Positions 10,562 to 21,800 of a stretch of DNA of 64,000 nucleotides are shown here, piece after piece (within the stretch, counting starts at the first letter, position 1; each line of letters opens with the position of its first letter). A program made the position numbers and the translations under genes. Source of the stretch: Tetramitus jugosus (taxonomy: Eukaryota; Protista; Heterolobosea); NCBI GenBank assembly GCA_937625935.1, contig OW569350.1:591397-655396 (forward strand). The letters are read 5' to 3'. Below the pieces are notes generated by a model. It was not told the DNA's origin. It saw only the letters and a program-made list of their open reading frames with translations, and searched no databases.

Positions 10562-13370
10562 TGCAAACAAACGGGAACACTCCCTCTCCAAGACATGCGT
10601 GTGCAACCCTCTAAAAGGGTGTTTCAGTCAACCGCCTTAAAGTAGTAATCAGGGCAACGACCAACAGGAGGTGGCGAGACACTGTGATGAAGTCACTGAC
10701 ATTCGCTCAACCTATAGTTGGAGTTGCGTCACTGAGCATGAATGTGAGCAGTATATGGAACACAAAGTGGAACAGCATAGATAGAGAGTAAGAAAGGAAT
10801 TAAACCTGATGGTCGAAGCACTGAGCAGAAAGGTTGCCCAAATGGAGCCCATGATGAAGAAAATAATTCTAAGAAAAGAGCCAACGATGATCCAGGTCTT
10901 CCACACGGAAGACCAGGAACGTGCTGATGAAGAGAGTAAGTGATGATACTAACATACAACAGGAAGCAGAAGCCAGCAACTGAAATCTTCAACAGAGCAA
11001 CGATGTGATGCAAGCCGAGCCTTCTCTATCTCCGCAGCAAGGCCTCAGCAAGAGCACTAGCGCACTAACGAGCAGATCTGCTTTCAACGAACTGGCAGAA
11101 ATAAAACTGGTGAGTAATCAGGACACTCTCGTTAAGAGGTGTAAAAGATGCGCAGGATGAGGAAATAATTGATTAATACGCCAGCTCGGTTACCTCAATA
11201 CGACAGAGTGATACTTCTGTAACTAGGGATGACATTATTAGTGTGTTGGAGCAAGGGAATGTTGACATTCTCTTCCTTACCTACTACAAAGGAACAATGT
11301 CCTCCACCATTGATTACACATGGGCGAACAGAGTTGAGTTGACCTTGAGCAGCAACGTGCGAGTTATAGTTAGTGACGGCGCAATAAGTTACCACATCCC
11401 AACTAGGGTTTCAGCGAAAATTGAATACCAGGAAGGAGGTGAGGTAGAACGACCAAACTTTCTATTCCCGAAGACAAAGTACGACAAATGGTGGTCCTAT
11501 GCAACACAAGTGCTTGGTGACTTGTCAAGGCACCGAGTGGAAAGGTGGGACGATACGGACAATGTGTCACTATAACTAAGGATTGAGATCTTTGGAAGAG
11601 ATAATGTGAGAAAACATTGGGCAACAATACCCGTTTGAGAAGACTACTAAAATTTCGAGAGTTGTTATTGAAGTGTCTTGTGTGTGGAGAGACTGAGGAA
11701 GGGATCCATAGGACAGTCAGTCACTATGTAGGTCTACCGCAACTCTCAATAGAGTCAGTCTGGGATTGGGTATTGTAAATCAGAAGTTGCAAGGTTCAGA
11801 CAATGGGATCCAGTGGATCATCAGAACCTGGGAGTTCATCAACCCAATAAAGTTCTTCTCCAGAGCTAGTGCAAAGAAGGCCAATCGAGTCAGACTACTC
11901 ACAGTTCAGAAAGGTGGTATGACCCACAGTGATAGGGAGAGTATGAGGAGCGTCCGCCTGCTTCTTCGAGGCGGCATTCTCGAAGGAGACCTGTCTTACC
12001 TCCAATAAATTAGCGCTCCCTAATGGATGAGATGCACAGGGCGTTATCAGCAAGGAGTTCATCGATATCACTACAGAAGAAGTCCGTGATGTAATCAAAT
12101 GGCTAAGGAACAGGAAGTGTCCTGAGCCCGATGGTATCCACAATGAGATGTTGAAGCTGTCGAAGGCTGAAAACAGGGACTACAACTGGGAGTTTGCCAA
12201 TATCCTGTCAGGGCTTCAACAAAATACCGAAAAGTGGACCATTTCCTGTGATGTGGAAAGAGTGCACAATTGTCCCTGTCTACAATCTGAACATAGCGAA
12301 TTACAGACCTATCTGTCTGTTGAGTGCCTTGTGTCAAAACTCATCACACGGCTGCTCAACTCTCGTTTGCAGTGAAAAGACCTTCAGTGCGCTGGGACTC
12401 TTCACTAACTTGTCTAATTGTAGTGAGAACCAAACAAAAGGAGCAAGCGCAGGAGGTTAAGAGTGATCAACTGCCTGAGCCTCATGAAACTCACTCCGAG
12501 GCAATTGGCAAGAATCGTCAACACATACATCCATCCAGTGTTCCTCTACGCGTGTGAATTCACACACTGGACAAAAGGATGGATTAGTTGCAATGAATCG
12601 GTACTCGTCTGATTTGCTGCAGTGGAATCTATGCACACCTAACACCTGGTTGATAGCCAGCAAGTTACAGGTATACATGGTGCTGATCATACCATTCGTA
12701 TGCGGATCTTTACGTCCCGTTGTTATCACTTCCAAACAGAACAATACCAGTTAGAATCTCTCAGTCGACACACCCCCTCTACTATTTAACGATGGCAATC
12801 TAGTCGGATTGTTGACCTCCTTCTGGTTTTATTCATCAAGTTGTGGTGGAACACGAGCTGCATATACCAACGAAGGTGTCAGAAGTGCAATACAAGACTG
12901 GTGAGAGTTGCAACAATGATAGAATATGCATGATCTTCCCCAAGAACAAGCTGGATAGTAGATGGGCGAACTATGCTACTAAAGTGCTGTCCGGTCTGTC
13001 TTATCAACAGATAGAGGATACGAGTTATCGATCAAAGCCTTGGTTGCTCGGGCTACAGAGTTCTTTGGTGACCATAGAGCACCCAAACGTGAGGTGGGTA
13101 ATAGGTGTGTGAGAAAGTTCTTGCTTGATTAACTCCTCATCGGAACCGTAATTGCGTAAGGTACTCGCAAACTATGGTGGACGTTTTTCCGTGGAGATTC
13201 AAAGGGAATCAATATTATCTACTCTGAGAATCATCAACCATAGACTCCATAAAGCGAGGACTAGACATAATAATAGGAGATTCAGATAGTGGGAATGGGT
13301 TGCAATAACGTCAGAGTTCGTAAATCCGAGTAATTCTTGTTCACGGCAAGTTTGGGTCACTGCTGGGTAA
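10562..13370 (+). mobile_element. At least two older, heavily degraded non-LTR copies including RT core remnants
   Basis: ITTEEVRDVIKWLRNRKCPEPDGIHNEMLK, FPVMWKECTIVPVY, NYRPICLLS (12060-12330), RIVNTYIHPVFLYACEFTHW (12511-12570); duplicated HIPT.VS..FPK.K.D..W..YAT.VL block at 11390-11520 and 12860-12990; right boundary approximate. Confidence 0.75.
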
Positions 13371-13667
13371 CTCTTAGTTTGGTCTGGCCAGTGTACAGCA
13401 GTATGGGTTTGACGTCGTTGGTGACAACGTCTCGCCCTGCCTTGTTCCTGTACATATTAGGAAACTCCTCATATCCTTAACATTACTTTCGTTGCAGCCA
13501 GATTTGCTGTCGCTTTTGTTCCAACAGATTTTGATATCGTCCATTATCCCGCTCGGAATTGTAAAAGCACAAAGAAGAACCCACACAAACGAACACGTTT
13601 TCCTGCTTCCCCTCATCATCCAAAAAAACAAAACAACATACCCCATATTCTTATTATTTCTAGAACC

Positions 13668-14042
13668 ATGAAATTGATTGCCACTACTCTTCTCGCACTT
13701 GTCCTCTTGTGCTGTTTTGCTTCTGCTATGGCCTATAGACCATACGTACCAACGCCATACGTCCCAAGAACCTTCTCTGACATTGGTTATGCCTGCTGTG
13801 TCCCTGGAAACCCAAATGCTGAGTTCTGCAAGCACGTCAGATGTTCCAAGCCAATGAGATACCTCTCTGATGTTGCTCCTCCAAGAAGAACCATTCAACG
13901 TCCAAAGTTGAACAAGAAACTTGTCGTTCCAAAGAGATTCAAGCTCGCTCGTCCTTCCAAGAAGGTGTCCAAGGAGTCCTTGAGCGATATGGCTTTCTGT
14001 TATGGAAGCTATTGCTATGTTGACGGCAATGTCTACTACTAA
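13668..14042 (+). CDS. Small secreted Cys/Lys/Tyr-rich precursor protein
   Basis: Signal peptide MKLIATTLLALVLLCCFASAMA, three [FL]SD-delimited modules, AATAAA after the stop. Confidence 0.75.
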   Translation: MKLIATTLLALVLLCCFASAMAYRPYVPTPYVPRTFSDIGYACCVPGNPNAEFCKHVRCSKPMRYLSDVAPPRRTIQRPKLNKKLVVPKRFKLARPSKKVSKESLSDMAFCYGSYCYVDGNVYY

Positions 14043-14341
14043 GCGATTGGTTTGTGTTGATTTTTATGATGTGAGTTGGTACTACGAATAAAAATCAGAC
14101 GAATTGCTTTGCCTCGATTTTGTTCAATGTGTGGATTATTATCACAGTTTGGAATTAAGATCATTGACAATAAGCAATCCAACAGAATACTATCGATGAA
14201 ATGACTCGACACACACACAGTTTTGGTCTTTTTGGTTGGGGTTGTTGGACTGGCTATTGGCTTGCATTTGCACCTCCGTTCGAAGTGTTAGCTTCCAAGG
14301 GTCGAACACGAATGGTCCAATTCAAAAGAAATCCAAGTGGT

Positions 14342-15792
14342 TTACTCGGATACAACAGTCATATCACACATAAGTCCCTTTTGTTGAGCGGCAAAGAGCT
14401 TGCTGGAGAAGACGGAATGAATCTTTTTTGGCACATTGTACAACATGATATGCAAACCTGATTGACCACATGCCACACGTAGTTCGCGATGGGACTCAGT
14501 TCGAGAAACAACCCTTGGCAGACATATTTCACCAACCTGTCTATCCCGCAGCTGAAAGATGTCGCCTAATCCGGAACTTTTAATTTAAACAAGAGAGGAT
14601 GAGTGAGTTTTTCGACGTATCAAACAGAAAACAATACCAAGAGTACAAACTTTCTATAACCGCATGTGTAGGCACCTCCTTCTTTCGTTGTAAACACCGT
14701 AAAATTTGTTCCACAACTGTAATCGAGCACAGTTCCAATTGACAGAGGAATATGAGTGACAATTGATTGTTGATAAACAGCAGGAAGCCCTAGAGCACCA
14801 TGATCATTGGCTCCGCATCCATAAAAAGTGTTTGACTCAGTTCGAAACACAGTGAAGCAACCTCCACACCTTGCATCAACAAGTTTCTCATGTGGAGGAA
14901 TCCCAGTAACTAACGATGGACTCGCTACGTCACCCAATGAGGATGAGTTTAAACCGCATTGACCATGATTATTATAGCCCCAAGAGTAAGCTGATCCATC
15001 CTCTGTGATTACTATGGTGTGCCACTGTCCACACACTGCAGTTTTGATTCTCTTCAATCCATTGGCCAGATCAGGATGATTCACTTTGACAGGAAGTGGA
15101 CAAGGTTGACTCTGATGACCCTGACCCAGAGATCCAAATGCACAATATCCAGAAGTATAAACGCAATCATCAACCGTTACAAACACTGTGTGGTACGCGC
15201 AAGGTGCAACACACTTCAATTTTTTGCCTTCAATGTTGTCCAGCTTTTCCACACCATAAATGTTGTTCGATCCAGTGGACAATCCACATTCACCATAGAT
15301 GTTGTATCCTGATACGTACACACACTCATATCCTTCACTAATGAACAATGAATGCTTATTTCCACACTTTGTTTCCACAATATTACAATGGGACAACTCT
15401 GGTATCAATGTCACTTGACTCACAACGACGATCGCCTTCGCCTTTGCACAACTACCACTCCCATTATCACCGCAACAAAACACACGTCGAAAATTGGTCA
15501 CAAACAGTGAGCGATACTCACCACAAGAGACATTGACAACGTATTCATTTGGTTGCAAAAGTTCCTCCTCGGACATGAAATCCTCTCCCATCGAACCGTA
15601 TTGCACCACCTGAGCCAATGACTTGACAGTATCAGAGCCGGTATCTGGTGAACGCATCAGATATTCATTTTTGGTACCCTTTTGTTCATAGTACGGGTGA
15701 TTGAATCCTGTTTGGTGATCACGAGTGTCTCCTGCACCATAGACATTCAACTCTCTGGTGACAAGAATTTTGGGATGTTCGCCGGCTGACAT
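14342..15792 (-). CDS. RCC1-repeat protein (one intron, 14577-14650)
   Basis: Repeated CG..H[ST]....G.N..G..G units; GT..AG intron joins CGYR|NSGLGD in frame to a last exon ending MCDMTVVSE*. Confidence 0.85.
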
Positions 15793-16006
15793 TGTGATTG
15801 ATTTTGTTTCAGAACAGGAACTCGGACTGTTGCCGTGAAGAAGAACAAGGTCTTCACCTCCGGTTCGCACAAAAATATATATTTTGTTTTCAATTGAAAG
15901 TTCTTAAAGCTCCTTTGTTTCCGTGCAGTAGTTCTGTGGCTCTTGACCCGATAATCTCAGCCCCCCAAAATGCTTGGGCAAATTAGAAAATTTCTATAAA
16001 TAGAAA

Positions 16007-16089
16007 GCACTGATGCTCGAGCGGTCAAGAGGTTGGACTTGAAATCCAATACCGGAAACGGTGCGCAGGTTCGAATCCTGTTCAGTGCG
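16007..16089 (+). tRNA. tRNA-Ser (UGA)
   Basis: Acceptor GCACTGA/TCAGTGC, anticodon arm TTGGA-CTTGAAA-TCCAA, long variable arm, T-loop TTCGAAT, discriminator G. Confidence 0.95.
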
Positions 16090-16188
16090 AACCTTTTGTC
16101 ATCCTCACAAATAGATTTTCTGATCAAAAACACGCTGCTGCCAGCAAACAACCTGCAAATAAAAACCACAAGATCACACACGCCAATC

Positions 16189-17685
16189 ATGATGTCTCAA
16201 CAATCTGCCAAGCGCATCCTCCTGCGCTCCTCTACTCGTTCAAAATTTTGGACTCAACAAGCTTCTTCATTCCACACGACTCGTCCCGTTCAGAGTCAAC
16301 CCTATCAGGCATTCAATCCAACGAATGGCAAGCTCATCAAATCATACAAGTTCCTCTCTCCTCAACAAGTGGACGAGGCAGTTGGAAAGAGTCAAACGGC
16401 ATTTGAGCAGTACAGGCACACTTCCATGAAGGAAAGAAAACAATTGTTGCTCCAGTTGGCTCAGGCATTGGACGACAACAAGCACGAATATGCAAGAATG
16501 ATGACTGAAGAGATGGGAAAGACCATTGTCGGTGCAGTTCAAGAGATTGAAAAGTGTGCAATGAACTGTAGATACTATGCCAATCATGGTGAAGAGATGG
16601 CTCGTGATGAACAAGTGGACGAACACTCTAGAGTAGTGTACTTGCCCATGGGTCCCATTCTTCAAGTAGCTCCCTTCAATTTTCCATTCTGGCAAGTGAT
16701 TCGTTTTGCTGCTCCTGCATTGATGGCTGGTAATGTCGTCCTGATTCGACACTCTCACTGTACACCAAACTCTGCACAAGGATTGCAACAATTGTTTGAC
16801 TCTACGGATTATCCAACTGGCGTCTATCAAAATTTGTTTGCTGATAATGAAACTGTGGCTCAAGTGATTGCGGATCCTCGTGTCAGAGGTGTCACCTTCA
16901 CCGGCAGTACAGAAACGGGAAGAAAGATTGCTGAAATGAGCGGAAAGTATCTGAAGAAGCATGTGCTAGAGTTGGGAGGCAGTGATGCGTTTATTGTCTT
17001 GGGAGATGCTGATTTGAATGCTGCTGTTGATACTGCTGTTCTCTCACGTACAATGAACAGTGGTCAATCCTGTATTGCTGCCAAGCGCTTTATTGTCGAA
17101 CAGTCAGTGTACGATGAGTTTGTACAACGATTCAGCGCTGCATTGAGCAAGCTTAAGATTGGTGATCCAATGAAAGAGGACACTCAGATTGGACCTATGG
17201 CCAGAAAGGACTTGAGAGACAAGTTGCACGAGCAAGTTCAGCACGCTGTTTCCGATGGTGCAAAGCTTGTTGTTGGTGGCAGCATCCCTCAAGCAGAAGG
17301 CTTCTTCTACCATCCAACACTCTTGAGCGAAGTAACCACAAGTAATTTGGCATTCAGAGAAGAGTTGTTCGGCCCTGTCGCATCTGTCATTCGTTGCGAG
17401 AACGTTGCTCATGCCGTTCGCTTGGCCAACATGTCTGAATTTGGATTGGGCAGCACAATCTTCACCGGTGATGCACAAAAGGCCGAGTATGCATGCAGAC
17501 ACTTGGACACTGGTATGACATTTGTGAATGGCATCTGTAGATCCTCGCCAAACTTGCCATTCGGTGGACAAAAGAACAGTGGCTACGGAAGAGAGTGTGG
17601 TTTGCCAGGTTTGAGAGAATGGACCAACATCAAGAGTGTTTGGAGCAAGGAGGGCGGTTTCAAAGACACCCCACAAGTCGAGTAA
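16189..17685 (+). CDS. NAD(P)-dependent succinate-semialdehyde dehydrogenase-like ALDH (GabD1/Sad type) with mitochondrial-type presequence
   Basis: PFNFPFWQ, FTGS, LELGGSD, GQSCIA (catalytic Cys), EELFGP, PFGG.K.SGYGRE; R/S-rich N-terminus without acidic residues. Confidence 0.92.
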   Translation: MMSQQSAKRILLRSSTRSKFWTQQASSFHTTRPVQSQPYQAFNPTNGKLIKSYKFLSPQQVDEAVGKSQTAFEQYRHTSMKERKQLLLQLAQALDDNKHEYARMMTEEMGKTIVGAVQEIEKCAMNCRYYANHGEEMARDEQVDEHSRVVYLPMGPILQVAPFNFPFWQVIRFAAPALMAGNVVLIRHSHCTPNSAQGLQQLFDSTDYPTGVYQNLFADNETVAQVIADPRVRGVTFTGSTETGRKIAEMSGKYLKKHVLELGGSDAFIVLGDADLNAAVDTAVLSRTMNSGQSCIAAKRFIVEQSVYDEFVQRFSAALSKLKIGDPMKEDTQIGPMARKDLRDKLHEQVQHAVSDGAKLVVGGSIPQAEGFFYHPTLLSEVTTSNLAFREELFGPVASVIRCENVAHAVRLANMSEFGLGSTIFTGDAQKAEYACRHLDTGMTFVNGICRSSPNLPFGGQKNSGYGRECGLPGLREWTNIKSVWSKEGGFKDTPQVE

Positions 17686-17947
17686 TATTTATTTTGTAAC
17701 AACAATGTATCAATATAATACAAATCCAAAGAGTTCCGTCAATCACACCCAAGATAATTCCGTTCTTGTGTGTTCTTTCGAGCGTCCAAAAAATTCCCCC
17801 GAAAACACAAAACGCGAAAGCTCGAACGACAACAACAGCAACTCAATCAACTCACAAGAATAACAACAGAATTGTGACTCTCAAAATATATTCATCATCA
17901 AATCACATCATCATCATCATCAACAATAACAAATCATCATCATCATC

Positions 17948-18547
17948 ATGGCCAAACGACCACAACACCAAGCACGTTCCTCTCTCTTTAACGTCAATCA
18001 CAACAACAATAATAATAACAATAACAATAACAATAATAACAATAACAGTAATAATAACAAGAATACAATTGTTCACATTCCCAATAGCAACAACAGTACC
18101 AACAACAACAATCAACTATTTTTAGAACAACAGAATGATGCAGCCGAAAAGTCATTCAACGATTACACATCACTCCTGCGAAAAAATGTTCAATCACTAA
18201 AGGACGTGGTTCACTACATGAACGATGAAGTCTTGTCGGATCATACATTGATTGATCAGACCAATACGAGTGCAGATTCCAATCGATACTCTCTCAAGAA
18301 TTCGTACAAAAAGTTGCAAGAAGATGTAATTCAAGTGAAAACGTGCAGACAAGTGTTAATGTTGAGTTTCATTATAGTCATGGTGTTTTTCATTGTGTTT
18401 TATGGAGGAAAATTTTTTGTTTTTCAAGTGTTGTTGGCAAAGAGTGGAAATCACATCAATAGCAGCAGCAACAATGGTGGTAGTAGTAGCAACAGTATAG
18501 GAAATCAAGTGAATACGAACAGTGTGGCGAAATTGGTGACAAAATGA
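17948..18547 (+). CDS. Bet1-like Qc-SNARE with poly-Asn tract
   Basis: LEQQND..SNARE heptads..C-terminal TM helix; AAT/AAC microsatellite near 18001-18060. Confidence 0.65.
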   Translation: MAKRPQHQARSSLFNVNHNNNNNNNNNNNNNNNSNNNKNTIVHIPNSNNSTNNNNQLFLEQQNDAAEKSFNDYTSLLRKNVQSLKDVVHYMNDEVLSDHTLIDQTNTSADSNRYSLKNSYKKLQEDVIQVKTCRQVLMLSFIIVMVFFIVFYGGKFFVFQVLLAKSGNHINSSSNNGGSSSNSIGNQVNTNSVAKLVTK

Positions 18548-18889
18548 ACATGATGATCACACAACACACACTGTATGCTAGTCGAGAGAAGAATGATCAC
18601 CACGGAGATCATTGTTTCTCGTCAAAGAAGAACAAAATAGAATTGATATACACACGCACGTGGCCACTGCTTATCGAAGGTGTTTGTGAAAAGTGAAAAA
18701 TTTTTTAGGTTCCGTTCCACTTTTGAAACACAACACATGAACATGAACTGATGATTACCAGTTTATGTGATTGTCATCCGCAAAACAAATGGGATGATAA
18801 TTGTCAGTCATAACAGACCATAATAATAGTAATAATAAATAAATTATATTGTAATTTGATAAATTATGTCGCACGAGATGTGAAATCCC

Positions 18890-21800
18890 TTAGTTGAAAA
18901 ATTGATCAAAGTCTGAGACGAGATCAATGCTTGCCGAAGGAACATACTTGCGGTTCGATTGCTTGTTTTCTCGCTTCTTGGATTGTCTCTTCTTCTTTTG
19001 AGGTGTTGAACTACCGAGGAATGAAGTTACGATTTTGATACCTCCAGAGAGGAGAGAATGAGAAGAGTCTGCTTCTGGTTCGGTGGTTTGTTGCTGCTGT
19101 TCGTTGTCTTCGGCTTGAGAGTCATCTGGTTGATTCATTGCTTCGAGCTGTTGAACTTGTTGTCTTGTGTGATCCTGTTGCTGTATCGTTTCCAGCTTCC
19201 GATTTCGTTGATAGCTCTCGAGATCGTACGAGGCCATATTATTCCACAGGGCTAATCTCGGTTTGTTGAGACCGAGTGCAACCTCTACTCTTCGCAAGCG
19301 ATGTCGTTTCACGATGGAGATCTCTTCCTCATACTCCAATCTCTGCTTTCTTGTCATTTGCTGTGCTGGTGGAGTTGTTGATGCTTGTTGTGGAACTGAT
19401 GGGCTACCACTGGTGGGCGATAGTGTTCTCATGAGGCCGGACTGATTCTTGTGCTTTGTGCAGATGGGACAGGTGGATAGATTGATCATTTTGAGGCAAT
19501 TATTGTGAAATGCGTGGCCACAATCAAACAGCTTGACCTCGTTCTCTTCTGCATCAGACACATTGTAACGGAAGGAGGACAATCGATATTCACAGACATA
19601 GCATCTATGATTTAATGGCTTCACACCTCTATTGTACAACTTTGAGTAAGTTTTAAACATCCAATAGAGGTCCTTATCCATTAGATGTTTCATGCTTTGA
19701 TATGTAGTTCCTTCGAATGTACAGTTTGTAAACAGCTCAGTTAAAGATTCCTTAAAATGACCAAAATGATCGCTGCCGTATCTCTCGACTGTAAACTCTA
19801 GAATCTCTGTCCACTCAAACACACTGCTCGTGATCATACTACTATAGATAATCTTAATATAAGATCCAAAGCATATTTGTAACCATAAACCAGCCAACTT
19901 TGGTATGTTGTGAGCTGCCAGCGGATTGTTCATGGCTTGTGCTTGTTCTGAGCGTAAACGAAGTAACCCATCTTGTAGTTGACTCAATTGACTCCGAAGC
20001 TTCGACAACTTTTGTTGCAATTGTTCGAGGCGTTCTTGACTAAACTCCTTGATAATATGTTTTTCTAAAGCAGCAATATTGTCCTGTGAACTTTGAATCA
20101 TTACTTCGTGCTCGCGAATATTCTGCTCCACAGACTTGTCATTGTCCAAGTCTAATAGTATATTTTCTTTGATGCTGATCACTGGCTTATCGTAGTTGTA
20201 CGAGGTTGGTGATGTGGGTGTTCTTGGTGATTCAGTAGAGTGTCGGTTTCGTGGTGTACTGACACCTCTGTAACCAGTTCGTTGCTCTCTCTGTAGCTGA
20301 ACAAAATTATCCAGCAAGCTGTACCAAATATGTTTTAGTCTCTCGGGCTCTATTGTTTCGTTGACTGCATTCCTGTCACACACAGAAATTGCTTTCATCA
20401 AATTTTTGCTGACCCGCTGAGATTCTGGCGAGTCGAGCACATTCTTGCCGCCGAGCAGGGGTACCTGTGGTGTTCGACTCAAGGGTTGATTATTATTTCC
20501 AGATAGATTATGAGTTGGATTGATATACTGGAAGGCTTCTAGATTCAAATACCGGTCGTTACTTGGATCCAGCATTTTTGCTTCCTGCATCAGTCTCTTT
20601 TTCAATGCAAATATGTTGTCACTCAAAGTCTCCAAATAGAGACCAACAGCGCCAACAACATCACCAACACGCTCTAACAGATAAGCACTCGCATCAATAA
20701 TTCTATACTTTTGACAACTATTAACTGCATAATCTAGATCATATTGTCCCTCGTGGAATCTCAAGTATGGAAGAACATTCTTTGGTTCGTGTTGACACAA
20801 AAGAGCCAAGAATCGCTGATGTAAATCGTCACCAACTCTAATACCTCTTTGAGATAGTAGTTGACTCATTGAATCACTGACAGCACTTTGTTCGCCTCCT
20901 ATTCCAATAATATTCCGCAAGAACTTAAATTGAAGCTTTGGGAAGTCTGATAGAGCACCAATAATCTGTTCGTATTCTTCAGTGAAGTGATAGATGATTA
21001 GGTGCGAAGTTTCATCATCATTCAGATCAATCAGAAGAGATAAATTGTTCGTTATTGCTGTTCTTAAGGTGTTATAACCCTCAGCTGCTTTTTTCGAATT
21101 TCTGGATTGTTGGTTCATTGTCTCCTTCAACTTTGTGAGAGTCGAATGAATATACTGGAAGATTTGAGGACGCAGATTTTGGTCCTTGAGATATGAATCT
21201 AGAATTCGTTCATAGTTTTCATACTTGGTCTGAAGATGTACTGATACTTTGTAAAATTGTGCCTTCTCACATACTTGCAACAACTTGTCCACATCTAGTT
21301 GAGTTTCATCACCAATTCTCTCTACTACATTCATTAATTGCTGTTGGATACGATCTTTTTCCTCTTCTTGAATTATCACACCTTTGAATCCAAGAACCGC
21401 AAACGTTCGATGAACCAGTTCTGCATCTACAGGCAATGTTCCAAGAGACATGAATGGTAGAAGCAGTTTTAAAAATGACACTACTTCATCCAAATTAGGT
21501 AGCCAAGCTGTGAGACTATCGCTCGCGCTCTTGTTAATTTCCCATGGACTAAATGCATCAATTTTTCTATGAATCATCACAGAGACCAGAACTTCTAAAA
21601 TGTATCGTTGAGTAATCTGATCATCAGGTGCAAAATCATTCCAAGGAGTTGTCGGTGTTTGGTCATTGAGTGACATATTGCTGATTTCCAAGAAATGACG
21701 CACATCCAAGGCAAGAAATCTTATCAAATATGGAAGGTTTCTTTGAGAGCTCAGTACTAGTATCTCATCATCCGAGCTCGGGCTATCTGGCGCCGTACTA

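Noticed and set aside
16007-16089. Selenocysteine or suppressor tRNA
   Set aside because: Anticodon is UGA (reads UCA, Ser) with a normal 7-bp acceptor stem; tRNA-Sec would have anticodon UCA.
16033-16188. N-terminal extension of the ALDH ORF
   Set aside because: Starts at TTG and overlaps tRNA-Ser; the ATG at 16189 gives a sensible presequence.
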